Part shown: positions 47,663 through 56,797 of the stretch, piece after piece | Numbering within the stretch: position 1 is the first letter of the stretch | Layout of the letters: each line of letters begins with the position of its first letter | Origin: Planctomycetota bacterium | GTDB taxonomy: Bacteria > Planctomycetota > UBA1135 > UBA2386 | Direction: 5' to 3' | DNA length: 64,000 nt | Assembly: GCA_051278165.1 (NCBI GenBank) | Contig: JBNMNW010000002.1 | Location: forward strand, 1,267-65,266 | Made by a program: the position numbers and the translations under genes | Notes under the pieces: generated by a model | What the model was told of the DNA's origin: nothing | What the model saw: only the letters and a program-made list of their open reading frames with translations | Databases searched by the model: none

Positions 47663-49732
47663 ATGACAACCAAAATGAACCAGCCTGACCTTGCTCAGGC
47701 ATTGAATGTTGCGACGGCGAACGTGTTCGTCATCGATTCTGATCTGCAGATTGAGTTCTGTAATCGTCAGGCATTGCAGTCATGCAACCAGCTGCAACAG
47801 GCTCTGACATCGGTCGGACTCTCCGTGAATCAACTGGTCGGTAGCTCATTTGAACGGGTCGTAGGTAGCGCTGCAAACCAGTTGCGACAGGCCGCTGGTG
47901 GCGCTTGGAGCTGCCAGGTAGATCTCGGTGACGAGACCCTCAAGTTCGAGGGTAATGCCATGCAGGCCGAAGACGGCAGCTTCTCTGGCGCCGTCGTGAC
48001 TTGGGAGATCGTTACCACCGCTCTCGAAGAGACCAAACTTGTCGATGGGCAGCGCAAGCTGGTCGAAGCGATGAGTGGCGAGCAGGCGGTCATTGAGTTC
48101 GATCTCGGAGGTAATGTCGTGACTGCCAACGACAATTTCTGTGCGGCGATCGGCTATTCACTTGGCGAGATCCAAGGTAAGCACCACCGCACGTTCGTTA
48201 CGCCTGAATACGCCGCTTCGCCGGAGTATCGTGAGTTCTGGGCGAAGCTCAACCGGGGTGAGTCAGACACTGGTGACTACCTGCGCATTTGCAAGGGCGG
48301 TCGCGAACTCTGGATCAACGCCACCTACTTCCCGATCACCGACGAGAGCGGCAAGCCGGTCAAGGTTGTCAAGTTTGCGACGGACATCACTGCCCAGCGC
48401 AACGATGCGCAATCGGCGAAGAGGTCTGCCGATGCCATGAACGCGGTCGCGACCAACATTCTGGTTTGCGATGAATCGTTCAACATCATCTATGGCAACG
48501 AGAAGTCTGCTGCGACTCTTCGAACCCTCGATGCGGTTCTGAGCGAGAAGTTCGGCGTGCGAGCGGACCAGGTTGTGGGTGGGTCGATTGACCGCTTCCA
48601 CAAGGATAAGAGTCACCAGCGCTCGCTGCTGGTTGCCTTGCGCGGTCGCAACCACACCGCTGAGTTCCAGTTGGCAAACGAAGTCCTGTCCCTGAGCGCT
48701 AGTGGCTTGTTTGACGCCGCCGGCAACTTCTCTGGTGCCGTGGTCAACTGGGAGGTGATCACCGAGCAGAAGAAGCAGGAAGCGGCCATCGCGGCGCGTG
48801 CGGAGGCCGAATCGGTGGCTGCCAACGACTTGCGCCAAAAGGTCGACTCGCTGTTGAACGTGGTCGAAGAGGCTGCGAAGGGTGACCTCACGGCGGAACA
48901 CACCGTCGAGGGAGATGACCCGATTGGGCAACTCGGTGGTGGCTTGCGCCGCATGATCACCGACCTGCGCTCCATCATCGTGCAGATCAAGGAAGGTGCC
49001 GAGCAGTTCAGCGCAAGTGCTGGCACGATCTCGAACGCCTCGAGCAGTCTGTCCGAAGCCTCGCAGACGAACGCTGCGACGGTGGAAGAGATGACGGCTT
49101 CGGTTGACCAGTTGACCGAGAGCATCCGCATGATTGCTCAGAACGCGTCGGATGCAAACTCGATTGCCGACGAAACCAGTCGCCGAGCCGGTGCTGGTGG
49201 CGAAGCGGTCGATCGCTCGATCACGGCGATGAAGGAGATCAACCGCTCGAGTGAGCAGATCAGTGAGATCATCCAGGTGATCAGTGAGATCGCGAGCCAG
49301 ACCAACCTGTTGGCCTTGAACGCGGCGATCGAAGCTGCGCGCGCTGGCGAGCACGGTCTCGGTTTCGCGGTTGTTGCTGACGAAGTCCGCAAGCTGGCGG
49401 AGCGCAGTAGCGAAGCGGCCAAGCAGATCACGGGCTTGATCCGTGAGTCGACGCAACGGGTGGTCGAGGGCACGAAGTTGTCCGAGGATACCGGGAAGGC
49501 TCTGAAGCAGATCATCGAGGGCGTGACTAGCACGGCCGAGTCGATCTCGCAGATCGCAAGTGCAACGGACGAGCAATCGGCCACCGCCGGGGAAGTTGCC
49601 CGCGCGATTCAGAATGTCGCGAAGTTGACCGAGAACAACTCGGGCAACGCCACCGACATGGCTGCATCCGCTGAAGAGCTGTCCGCTCAGGCGATTGCTC
49701 TGAAGGAACTTGTTCGTCGCTTCACGATCTGA
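47663..49732 (+). CDS. Soluble (no TM) methyl-accepting chemotaxis protein with PAS-like N-terminal modules
   Basis: Signalling hairpin [39 protein letters not shown]. There is no hydrophobic segment, and the N-terminal half has repeated PAS-like blocks. Confidence 0.9.
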   Translation: MTTKMNQPDLAQALNVATANVFVIDSDLQIEFCNRQALQSCNQLQQALTSVGLSVNQLVGSSFERVVGSAANQLRQAAGGAWSCQVDLGDETLKFEGNAMQAEDGSFSGAVVTWEIVTTALEETKLVDGQRKLVEAMSGEQAVIEFDLGGNVVTANDNFCAAIGYSLGEIQGKHHRTFVTPEYAASPEYREFWAKLNRGESDTGDYLRICKGGRELWINATYFPITDESGKPVKVVKFATDITAQRNDAQSAKRSADAMNAVATNILVCDESFNIIYGNEKSAATLRTLDAVLSEKFGVRADQVVGGSIDRFHKDKSHQRSLLVALRGRNHTAEFQLANEVLSLSASGLFDAAGNFSGAVVNWEVITEQKKQEAAIAARAEAESVAANDLRQKVDSLLNVVEEAAKGDLTAEHTVEGDDPIGQLGGGLRRMITDLRSIIVQIKEGAEQFSASAGTISNASSSLSEASQTNAATVEEMTASVDQLTESIRMIAQNASDANSIADETSRRAGAGGEAVDRSITAMKEINRSSEQISEIIQVISEIASQTNLLALNAAIEAARAGEHGLGFAVVADEVRKLAERSSEAAKQITGLIRESTQRVVEGTKLSEDTGKALKQIIEGVTSTAESISQIASATDEQSATAGEVARAIQNVAKLTENNSGNATDMAASAEELSAQAIALKELVRRFTI

Positions 49733-49792
49733 TCGTGACAACTTACGAGGCCGGCGTTTCGCCGGCCTCGTGCATCTAGGAAGGGGAACTGC

Positions 49793-51790
49793 ATGACTAC
49801 CGACGGCAATGAAGATCTGATCGCTGACTACCTCGGGGAAGCCCACGACTACCTAGAGCAGCTCAACACCATCTTGATGGAGTTAGCCGATCTTGAAGAT
49901 GGTTGGCCGGACGATCGTGCCAACGACATGTTCCGTAGCGCTCACTCGCTTAAGGGACTGTCCGCGTGCTTTGGCTTTGAGGCGACCAGCACGGTTACCC
50001 ATCACATGGAGAGCCTGCTTAGCAAGGTTCGTGAAGGGGCCTTGGCGCCGACGCAGGGCATTGTTAGAGCACTGTTCGATTCCATCGACTGTCTCACCAA
50101 CCTGACTGCTGAGATCGCAGCAGGTGGCCAAGAGGGATCCGCTCCGCAGTTGCTCGTGGATCAGCTGCAACAGCTGTGTCGCGGCGTTGACGCAGTGGCG
50201 CCCAAGGAGGCTGCGAAGAAAATCAGCGCGGCTGGGGGTGGTGATACGCCGCCAAAGGCTGCGGGGGCGATGGCGCAATCTGATGCCAACGAGACTGTGC
50301 GTGTGCGCATGGATCGACTCGACCTCATGGTCAATTTGACTGGCGAATTGGTCGTCGCTCGGTCGCGCTTCCAGCTGGTGACGCAATTGATGCGGCCACT
50401 ACAGCGTCTAGATGAAATGGGGCTGGCCTGGCGTGAGGCGCAAGGCAGCATGGATGAGTTGCGCGCGATGTCGCAGGCGCAGTCGCAAGACATGGGCCGC
50501 TTGCCAGCACTTGTCGATCGCATGAGCGAGCAGATGCAGCGCTTCAACTCGAACTGGCAAGACCTGCATGGTGTCGGTCGCGTGCTGCGCGATCTTGACG
50601 ATGTTGCCTACGACCTCGATAGCGTCGTTGGCGGTATCCATGAGGCCGTGCTGCAGTTGCGCATGGTCCCGCTCGACAGTGTCTTCCGCCGCTTGCAGCG
50701 CGTCGCTCGCGATACCGCGGAGACGGTCGGCAAGGCGATCAACTTTGAAGTCACTGGTGGCGACACCCAAATTGACAAGCGCGTCGCCGACGAGTTGATC
50801 AACCCGCTCGTGCACATGCTGCGCAACTCCATTGACCACGGCTTTGAAACCGCCGAGGAACGCAAGGCAAGCGGCAAGTCCGAGCGTGGTTGCCTGAGCG
50901 TCAAGAGTTTCCAGCGTGGCAGTTCCGTCGTGATCGAGATTCGCGATGACGGCCGCGGCATTGATCCTGTTCGCATGGTGAAGAAGGTCACGGAGCTGGG
51001 GTTGATGACTCCCGAAGAGGCCAACGCCATGTCGCCTAGAGAAGCGCAGCGGCAGATCTTTGCCGCTGGATTCTCGACGGCTGCCGAAGTGACCGAAGTG
51101 TCTGGTCGCGGTATGGGCATGGACATTGTGGCCGCAACGATCAAGAGTTTGCGCGGCAGTATCGAACTCGAATCTGTGGTCGGCGTTGGCACATGCTTTA
51201 CGATTCAATTGCCGCCGAGCATGTCGATCTTGGCCAGCTTGCTAATTGAAGTAGGCGATACGATGTTCGCACTGCCGTTGACGGAAGTGCGCGAGATCAT
51301 CGAGTTGACCGAGGACCGACTGCACAGCGTGCAAACCAAGCCGGTGGTCATCGTGCGCGACCAACCGATGCCCTTCGTGCTATTGCCAGAGGCCTATCGG
51401 TTCGCCCATGGGGTGCTGTCCGGTAAGCAGAAATCCAAACCCGCGCACGCCATTGTGTTTGGCTACGCCGGCAACGAGATCGTGCTTGGTGTCGATCGAT
51501 TGGTTGGCAAGGAAGACCTTGTCATCAAGCCTCTGTGTGCTGAGTTGACATCGGTACCTGGGCTTGCTGGCATGGCCATTCGCGGCGACGGCAAGGTTAC
51601 CTTGATCCTCGATCCATCTGGCTTTGCCGACTTCGCGATGTCTAGGCAGCGTTCCCCGCGGCCTGACAAACGTGGTCGCGACAACACTGCGAGTCCGGAT
51701 GAGACTGCGAGTCCGGACAACACTGCGAGTCCGGGTGTGACTGCGAGTCCGGATGAGACGGTTGTCGATGCGGTGCCCGCCCCTGTGTAG
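49793..51790 (+). CDS. cheA: Chemotaxis histidine kinase CheA (no fused receiver)
   Basis: P1 His in FRSAHSLKGLS, N-box LVHMLRNSIDHG, G1 IRDDGRGID, G2 SGRGMGMDIV, and a CheW-like P5 domain. The tail is low-complexity. Confidence 0.95.
   Translation: MTTDGNEDLIADYLGEAHDYLEQLNTILMELADLEDGWPDDRANDMFRSAHSLKGLSACFGFEATSTVTHHMESLLSKVREGALAPTQGIVRALFDSIDCLTNLTAEIAAGGQEGSAPQLLVDQLQQLCRGVDAVAPKEAAKKISAAGGGDTPPKAAGAMAQSDANETVRVRMDRLDLMVNLTGELVVARSRFQLVTQLMRPLQRLDEMGLAWREAQGSMDELRAMSQAQSQDMGRLPALVDRMSEQMQRFNSNWQDLHGVGRVLRDLDDVAYDLDSVVGGIHEAVLQLRMVPLDSVFRRLQRVARDTAETVGKAINFEVTGGDTQIDKRVADELINPLVHMLRNSIDHGFETAEERKASGKSERGCLSVKSFQRGSSVVIEIRDDGRGIDPVRMVKKVTELGLMTPEEANAMSPREAQRQIFAAGFSTAAEVTEVSGRGMGMDIVAATIKSLRGSIELESVVGVGTCFTIQLPPSMSILASLLIEVGDTMFALPLTEVREIIELTEDRLHSVQTKPVVIVRDQPMPFVLLPEAYRFAHGVLSGKQKSKPAHAIVFGYAGNEIVLGVDRLVGKEDLVIKPLCAELTSVPGLAGMAIRGDGKVTLILDPSGFADFAMSRQRSPRPDKRGRDNTASPDETASPDNTASPGVTASPDETVVDAVPAPV
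51686..51757. repeat. Four tandem 18-bp units in the cheA 3' end
   Basis: The unit is actgcgagtccgg followed by 5 variable nt, and it encodes (TASP-x-x) x4 (TASPDE, TASPDN, TASPGV, TASPDE). Confidence 0.9.
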
Positions 51791-51813
51791 AGACTGAGCA
51801 AGTATCTATAACT

Positions 51814-52332
51814 ATGACTGCCCACGACAAACTTGTCGTTCAGGTTCCGATCGGAGGGATTGCAGTCGTGCATCCTCCGAATATTGTCAGCACGCTGTTG
51901 GGGTCCTGTGTTGGGATGATTGTGCAAGATCTTAAACACCACGTCGCCGTGCTGGCACACATCGTGCGGCCTGATGGCGCCGGGGTGGGCATGGGGCCCG
52001 GCTACTTCGCGAACCAGGCAGCGCCAATGGCGCGTGACCTTGCGTTGCAAAATGGCGCCGAACCCAAACAGCTGATCGTGCGAATGGCCGGTGGTGGCTC
52101 GATGTCGTCTGGCATGAGCGACGACATCGGTCGACGCAACGCCGAAGCCATCAAGGAAGCGACCTACAAGCTTGGCATGGTGTTTGGCGGCCACGTCGAA
52201 GGTCCGGCTGATGGTGGTTGCGTATTGTTTGTCGATCCAGCGAACGGGCGGATTCAGGTTCGCATGCTCCGTGGTGGGCAGTTCGACGACAAGCAGTGGC
52301 GCAAACTCGTCAAGGATGTGATTGCGCCATGA
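51814..52332 (+). CDS. cheD: Chemoreceptor glutamine deamidase CheD
   Basis: Catalytic-Cys context LGSCVGMIV, and the size (172 aa) is typical. Confidence 0.85.
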   Translation: MTAHDKLVVQVPIGGIAVVHPPNIVSTLLGSCVGMIVQDLKHHVAVLAHIVRPDGAGVGMGPGYFANQAAPMARDLALQNGAEPKQLIVRMAGGGSMSSGMSDDIGRRNAEAIKEATYKLGMVFGGHVEGPADGGCVLFVDPANGRIQVRMLRGGQFDDKQWRKLVKDVIAP

Positions 52333-53348
52333 CCGTTGGTTCCCGCGCGAACGTCTTGGTGGCTGCCAATCCCGATCAGGCCAGCATGCTTACCGAATGG
52401 CTGCATGCGGCAGGATTCGATGCGATTGCGTTGCAAGAGTTCGATGCCGTGACGCAGCCATCGGTCGTCGCCACGTTGTTGCGCTGGCCGCTTGAGGTCG
52501 ACATTGAAACGTTGCCACGGCCGATCATTCTGCTGTACGAGCCCGGTGCCGAGTTGCAGCCAGTGGTGGGGGCCGTTGCGCAAGTGATCGAGGTGCCTGA
52601 CAGCAAGGATGTGCGCAGTCTGTTGGCGTGGTCCGCCAAGATGAGTGGGGTGCTGCGGGAGATTGCGGATGGCCGGCAGAAGCAGATCGATATCTTCGCG
52701 CCGGTTACGTTGCCTCTTGAACCAGAGAGCGTGCTGCCGCGCAGCACACGACGCGCGGCGCCAAGTCTGCTCGCATTGGGCATCTCAACTGGCGGTCCCT
52801 CGAGCTTGCGAGTGCTCTTTGAGGGCTTGAGCGCGGCGCGCGAACCGCTGCCTCCGCTGGTTATTGTGCAGCACATCCCGCCGGCATACGTCGAAGATCT
52901 GGCACAGCGGTTGCGCGACCAATCCGGCTACGATGTGCGTTGCTGTGGGGACCAAGAGAGGCTGCAGGAAGGTGTTGCCTACATCGCTCCAGGTGATCAT
53001 CACGTGCGAGTCACGCAACGCGGCGACAATCTCTATGCGTTGTGGGATGATCGCGCGCCAATCCGCGGCCATTGTCCTTCGGTTGAGGTGCTCTTTGAAT
53101 CGTGTGCCAAGCTCGACGTGTCAGGCATTGCCATCATCATGACCGGCATGGGCCGCGATGGCTCGGCTTGCATGAAGGCCTTGCGTGACAAGGGTTGGGC
53201 AACGATTGGTCAGGATGAAGCGACGTGCACGATCTATGGCATGCCTCGCGCCGCCAAGGAAGCTGGCGCCGTTGCGCGCGAACTGCCGTTGGATCAGATT
53301 GCGCCATGGTTGGTGGCAAGCTGTCGCCGTCACGCACCGTCGATCTAG
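52329..53348 (+). CDS. cheB: Protein-glutamate methylesterase CheB with degenerate (pseudo-)receiver domain
   Basis: The catalytic triad contexts are intact: GISTGGPSS (Ser), VQHIPP (His) and MTGMGRDGS (Asp). The ATG overlaps the cheD stop (ATGA). The N-terminal domain lacks the REC acidic pocket. Confidence 0.9.
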   Translation: MTVGSRANVLVAANPDQASMLTEWLHAAGFDAIALQEFDAVTQPSVVATLLRWPLEVDIETLPRPIILLYEPGAELQPVVGAVAQVIEVPDSKDVRSLLAWSAKMSGVLREIADGRQKQIDIFAPVTLPLEPESVLPRSTRRAAPSLLALGISTGGPSSLRVLFEGLSAAREPLPPLVIVQHIPPAYVEDLAQRLRDQSGYDVRCCGDQERLQEGVAYIAPGDHHVRVTQRGDNLYALWDDRAPIRGHCPSVEVLFESCAKLDVSGIAIIMTGMGRDGSACMKALRDKGWATIGQDEATCTIYGMPRAAKEAGAVARELPLDQIAPWLVASCRRHAPSI

Positions 53349-53399
53349 CAGCCTGCGTCAGGCGTTCGGCGCAAACGTCGCCGGCTCTGATGCGCCCCT

Positions 53400-55085
53400 C
53401 TAGCGCCCGTTGGCGCGCAAGACCGGGTCCTCATTGCGCAGCGTGACGACCAGGCCTTCGTCGCGTGCGTTGACCGCGCGTCGTGCCGACCAAGTTTTGC
53501 CGTCGCGTTGCGCGGTCGCAATCAACAGCAAGTTGTGTTCGCTCGGCAAGCCATAGAACGAAAACGCGTCGCCAACCGATGTGACCAGCGAGCGTTCGCG
53601 CGGGCGAAGTTCATCGCTCGGATCACGCAGCGTGACGACAATCGCATTGCCCTGAGCGCCGTCGGCAAACTTCACCGTCGCGGTTAGCGTCTCGCCGTCA
53701 TCAATGATGAGCGCTAGCGGAGTCGACGGGACCCGTTGCAGCGACATGTCCTGATTGGCGTAGCGTTCATCGCTGACTTGCAGGGTGCCCGGCGCGACAA
53801 CGTGGCCAAAACGCGCCACGCCAGTTGCGTCGGTGCGCGCGATCAATGCCGCCGCGTCTTGTCGTTCTGGCGTGTATGAAACCATCAGGTCGGCGATCGG
53901 TAGTGCCCGTCGGTCGCGCGCGGTCACGGCGAACGGTTGCCCCATCGGCGAACGCAGTTCGTGGCCGTCGGCGGTGGTGGCCCACGGTTGTGCATGTGGT
54001 GCATGTCCCGGCGCGAGCAGCAACAGCCACGCGTCCCCGTCTGGCGCGACGGGCATGCGAAGTTGCCCAGCGTCGTTGTGGGCGTAAGCAACCACACCAA
54101 ACGAACGGTCCGACTTGCGTAGCAGGCCAAGCAGCACCGTTCCGGCCGGCGCAGTGGCCACGAGTTGCAATGTCTCGGAGCGCAGTCGTAGATCATGCTT
54201 CGGCGGCCAGGGGCGCGCTTGCTGCGTTGGTGGCCCCGGCACGGCGCGCGCTGGCGTTACGATGCCGTTGCTCCAAGTGATCCACGGCGCTGTGAGCGCT
54301 GCGCCGCGCAGTGCGACTTCGTTGGCTTCGCCGCTAAAATCTTCGCCAGCAAACTGCCGTAGCGATAGTGATGGCAGCCCAGCTGGATGCACATAGGCAT
54401 CTTTAGCCAGCAGCATGCGTTGCACGGCGCCGGTGAATTGCAGTTCGGAGCGTTCTCCCGGTTGCAGCTGCATGCGTTGCCAAATCAGTCCGTCGCGGCC
54501 ACCGGCCCAGACTTCGTAGTCGCCGGCCGGTAGCCGTACGCGGTTGCCTTGTTGCGGCGGTAGCGTGATCTTGGAGCCGTCGGCGAGCGTCGCCCGCGCG
54601 ATCAGCACGAACGACTCACTGCCGGTTGGGGTCGTGACCAACGCCATTGGCTCGAGCGTGATCAGCGGCGTGCGCTTGGCGTGCAGTCGCGGCAGCAGCG
54701 CGCCGAGTCCCGCGTCCGTGATGACCATGCCGCTGCCAGCCGACGCCATCGAGCCTGTTGGAATCGGAAAGCGCAGCACGCCGCGCGCATCGCTCGTCGC
54801 TGCTATTTGTTGCGGCTTCGGCGTTCCGGTCGCGAGCTGGGGGAGGTCGTCACCAGCAAGCGCAGCGAGACGCCACGCCGGTTCGGTCAGAAGCCAGCCT
54901 TTGGCGTCTTGGACCTTCGCGCCAGATGGATCGCGAAGCAGCGCAATGATCGCCGGTTGCCGAGACTTAGCCGTCGGTCGTTGGCTCGGTAGGTGTGCCG
55001 CCGCAACCAGTAGGGCACAGCCCAAGGTCACTACTCGCAGCAGATTGGCGCGTGAGCACAGCATCGTGTGCTCACAACGTAGCAT
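53400..55085 (-). CDS. Hypothetical secreted protein (repeated beta-sandwich-like modules)
   Basis: Signal peptide (LLRVVTLGCALLVAAAHL). There are several carboxypeptidase-regulatory-like segments (e.g. ARTDATGVARFGHVVAPGTLQV). An alternative start is at 55064. Confidence 0.6.
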   Translation of the reverse strand: MLRCEHTMLCSRANLLRVVTLGCALLVAAAHLPSQRPTAKSRQPAIIALLRDPSGAKVQDAKGWLLTEPAWRLAALAGDDLPQLATGTPKPQQIAATSDARGVLRFPIPTGSMASAGSGMVITDAGLGALLPRLHAKRTPLITLEPMALVTTPTGSESFVLIARATLADGSKITLPPQQGNRVRLPAGDYEVWAGGRDGLIWQRMQLQPGERSELQFTGAVQRMLLAKDAYVHPAGLPSLSLRQFAGEDFSGEANEVALRGAALTAPWITWSNGIVTPARAVPGPPTQQARPWPPKHDLRLRSETLQLVATAPAGTVLLGLLRKSDRSFGVVAYAHNDAGQLRMPVAPDGDAWLLLLAPGHAPHAQPWATTADGHELRSPMGQPFAVTARDRRALPIADLMVSYTPERQDAAALIARTDATGVARFGHVVAPGTLQVSDERYANQDMSLQRVPSTPLALIIDDGETLTATVKFADGAQGNAIVVTLRDPSDELRPRERSLVTSVGDAFSFYGLPSEHNLLLIATAQRDGKTWSARRAVNARDEGLVVTLRNEDPVLRANGR

Positions 55086-55250
55086 GGCCTCGCCGGTTCA
55101 GCTCCCGGTGACGGAGCTGCCTTCGGTATGGGCGAGTCGGGGCTGCAACGCGGCCCCAGTCCCTCAAGCGGATCAAATGAGGGGTAAACGCGTTGGGAAC
55201 CCGGGTTTGGCCCTTCTGCAACAGGTGTCTCGTTGCATCAGCTAGCTAAC

Positions 55251-55269
55251 GGGTCCGCCACGCGGACCC
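55251..55269 (-). terminator. Hairpin directly downstream of clpP
   Basis: GGGTCCGC-cac-GCGGACCC forms an 8-bp GC-rich stem, 16 nt after the clpP stop. There is no U-tract. Confidence 0.4.
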
Positions 55270-55284
55270 GATTGGCTATGTCGA

Positions 55285-55944
55285 TCAACCCTTCTTGGAT
55301 TCGTTACCTGGCAGTTCCTTGCGGTTCTTCAGGATCTTGTTGATCAGGCCGTATTCGAGCGCCTGACTGGCATCGAGCCAGAAGTCGCGGCGGGACGACT
55401 CGGTGACTTCTTCGACCGTCTTGCCACAGGTTCCGGCAATGATGCGGTTGTAGCGGTCGCGTAGCTTCAGGATCTCGCGCGCGGTGATGTCCAGGTCAGA
55501 TGCCTGGCCGCGGCCGCCGGTTGACGGCTGGTGGATCATGAAGCGGCTTTCCGGCATGCAGTAGCGTTGGCCATCGTCACCGGCGAGGTGGATCAGGATG
55601 CCAGCCGAAGCGGACAGGCCGTTGACCACGGTGCGGATCGGCGGCGCAATGAAGCGCAGCAAGTCGTAGATCGCAAAGCCAGCGTCGGCGCTGCCGCCTG
55701 GCGAGTTGATGAAGACCGTGATCGGGGCGTCCGGGTCCTTTGCTTCCATAGCGAACCCACGCACGGTGGTTTCCTTGAGCATCTTGTCGTCGACCGCGCC
55801 GCTGATTAGCAGCGTGCGCGAATCAAAGAGCGCCTTTTCGAACGGGCTGGAGAGGCCTTCGCCCTTCTTTTCGTTCTTGTCGGAGTCGCTGTCCTCATCT
55901 TCGAGACGGAGGCGGCGGGGATCAAAGTCGATTGGATTCTGCAT
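55285..55944 (-). CDS. clpP: ATP-dependent Clp protease proteolytic subunit (ClpP-like) with acidic N-terminal extension
   Basis: FINSPGGS, a Ser in GLSASAGILI, a His in FMIHQPS, and a C-terminal RDFWLDASQALEYGLI. The start is set at MQNPIDF (55944). Confidence 0.85.
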   Translation of the reverse strand: MQNPIDFDPRRLRLEDEDSDSDKNEKKGEGLSSPFEKALFDSRTLLISGAVDDKMLKETTVRGFAMEAKDPDAPITVFINSPGGSADAGFAIYDLLRFIAPPIRTVVNGLSASAGILIHLAGDDGQRYCMPESRFMIHQPSTGGRGQASDLDITAREILKLRDRYNRIIAGTCGKTVEEVTESSRRDFWLDASQALEYGLINKILKNRKELPGNESKKG

Positions 55945-56797
55945 CTTGGCGTGCTTTCGCGTGAACGACGGGCAGCTGGCCCGCTGTTGTTCTTTCGGTG
56001 ATTGGCGGTGAGGAAGTTGAATCGGAACCGCCGATCGCAGGGGACGGTGGATAGCGCACCGAACGGTAGAGAGCAACGTCGCAAACTCGGATGCGGTGTC
56101 TTTGGACAATCTCGATGGCAACGGTAATTGAGGAACCCACTTGCGCGCCTCGTGATACCGCGATACTCTCCGCGCCCGTCTGCGGGAGCGACTGTTTAGG
56201 ACAGCGCACCCTGGATCGAACCCTGGATCTCGCCCTTGGCTGCAAAGCCGTTTGAGTCCTCGCCAAGCCGGTGAGGCAAGTTGGGGTGAGCGCGGTTGGA
56301 GCCATTTTGGTGACCACGCTGCGTCTTCTCGCCACTATGGCTATCAGCCATACGGTAAATACGAGCGCACCGTAGTCGCCTGAAACTTCAGTCGCCTGGA
56401 GCTTTAGAAGAGGAGTCAAGCCCTATGGCCTTTGAGCCAACGGTCTCGACGCCAACACTAGATTCCGAAACATTAGATTCCGAGCACGTGCTCTAAGCAC
56501 TTGTGACAGAACCTCGAGGGACATGTCGCATCAAGAAGGTCTTGATGCGCTGTCTCCTGAGCAGGTCGAACAGAATTACTGGTCGACTACGATAGAGGCG
56601 AAACGCAGTTTTCCCAACGTGTTGCGATCGTTCGCATCCATTTGGCCAACTGGCTGTCGTCTGAAAAGCGCAGCGGTCGCTTTGCGGTATCCGTGCAAAC
56701 TTCTCAGGGAGCATCTGCTTCCTGAGTGCATTGGACTACGGCAAATCGGCCCGGACAGGAGCACGGCAGCAAAGCGCTGCCAGTCGCGACGCACTGT

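Noticed and set aside
56180-56300. A tRNA-like T-loop motif on the minus strand (ccagGGTTCGATCCagg) inside a ~90-nt segment. I considered it as a possible tRNA-Sec or class II tRNA given the nearby selA/selD.
   Set aside because: The T-stem has a central A-A mismatch. The acceptor halves do not pair cleanly. No anticodon stem can be drawn around TCA or any neighbouring triplet, and there is no D-arm. It is not a tRNA or a tmRNA end by eye.
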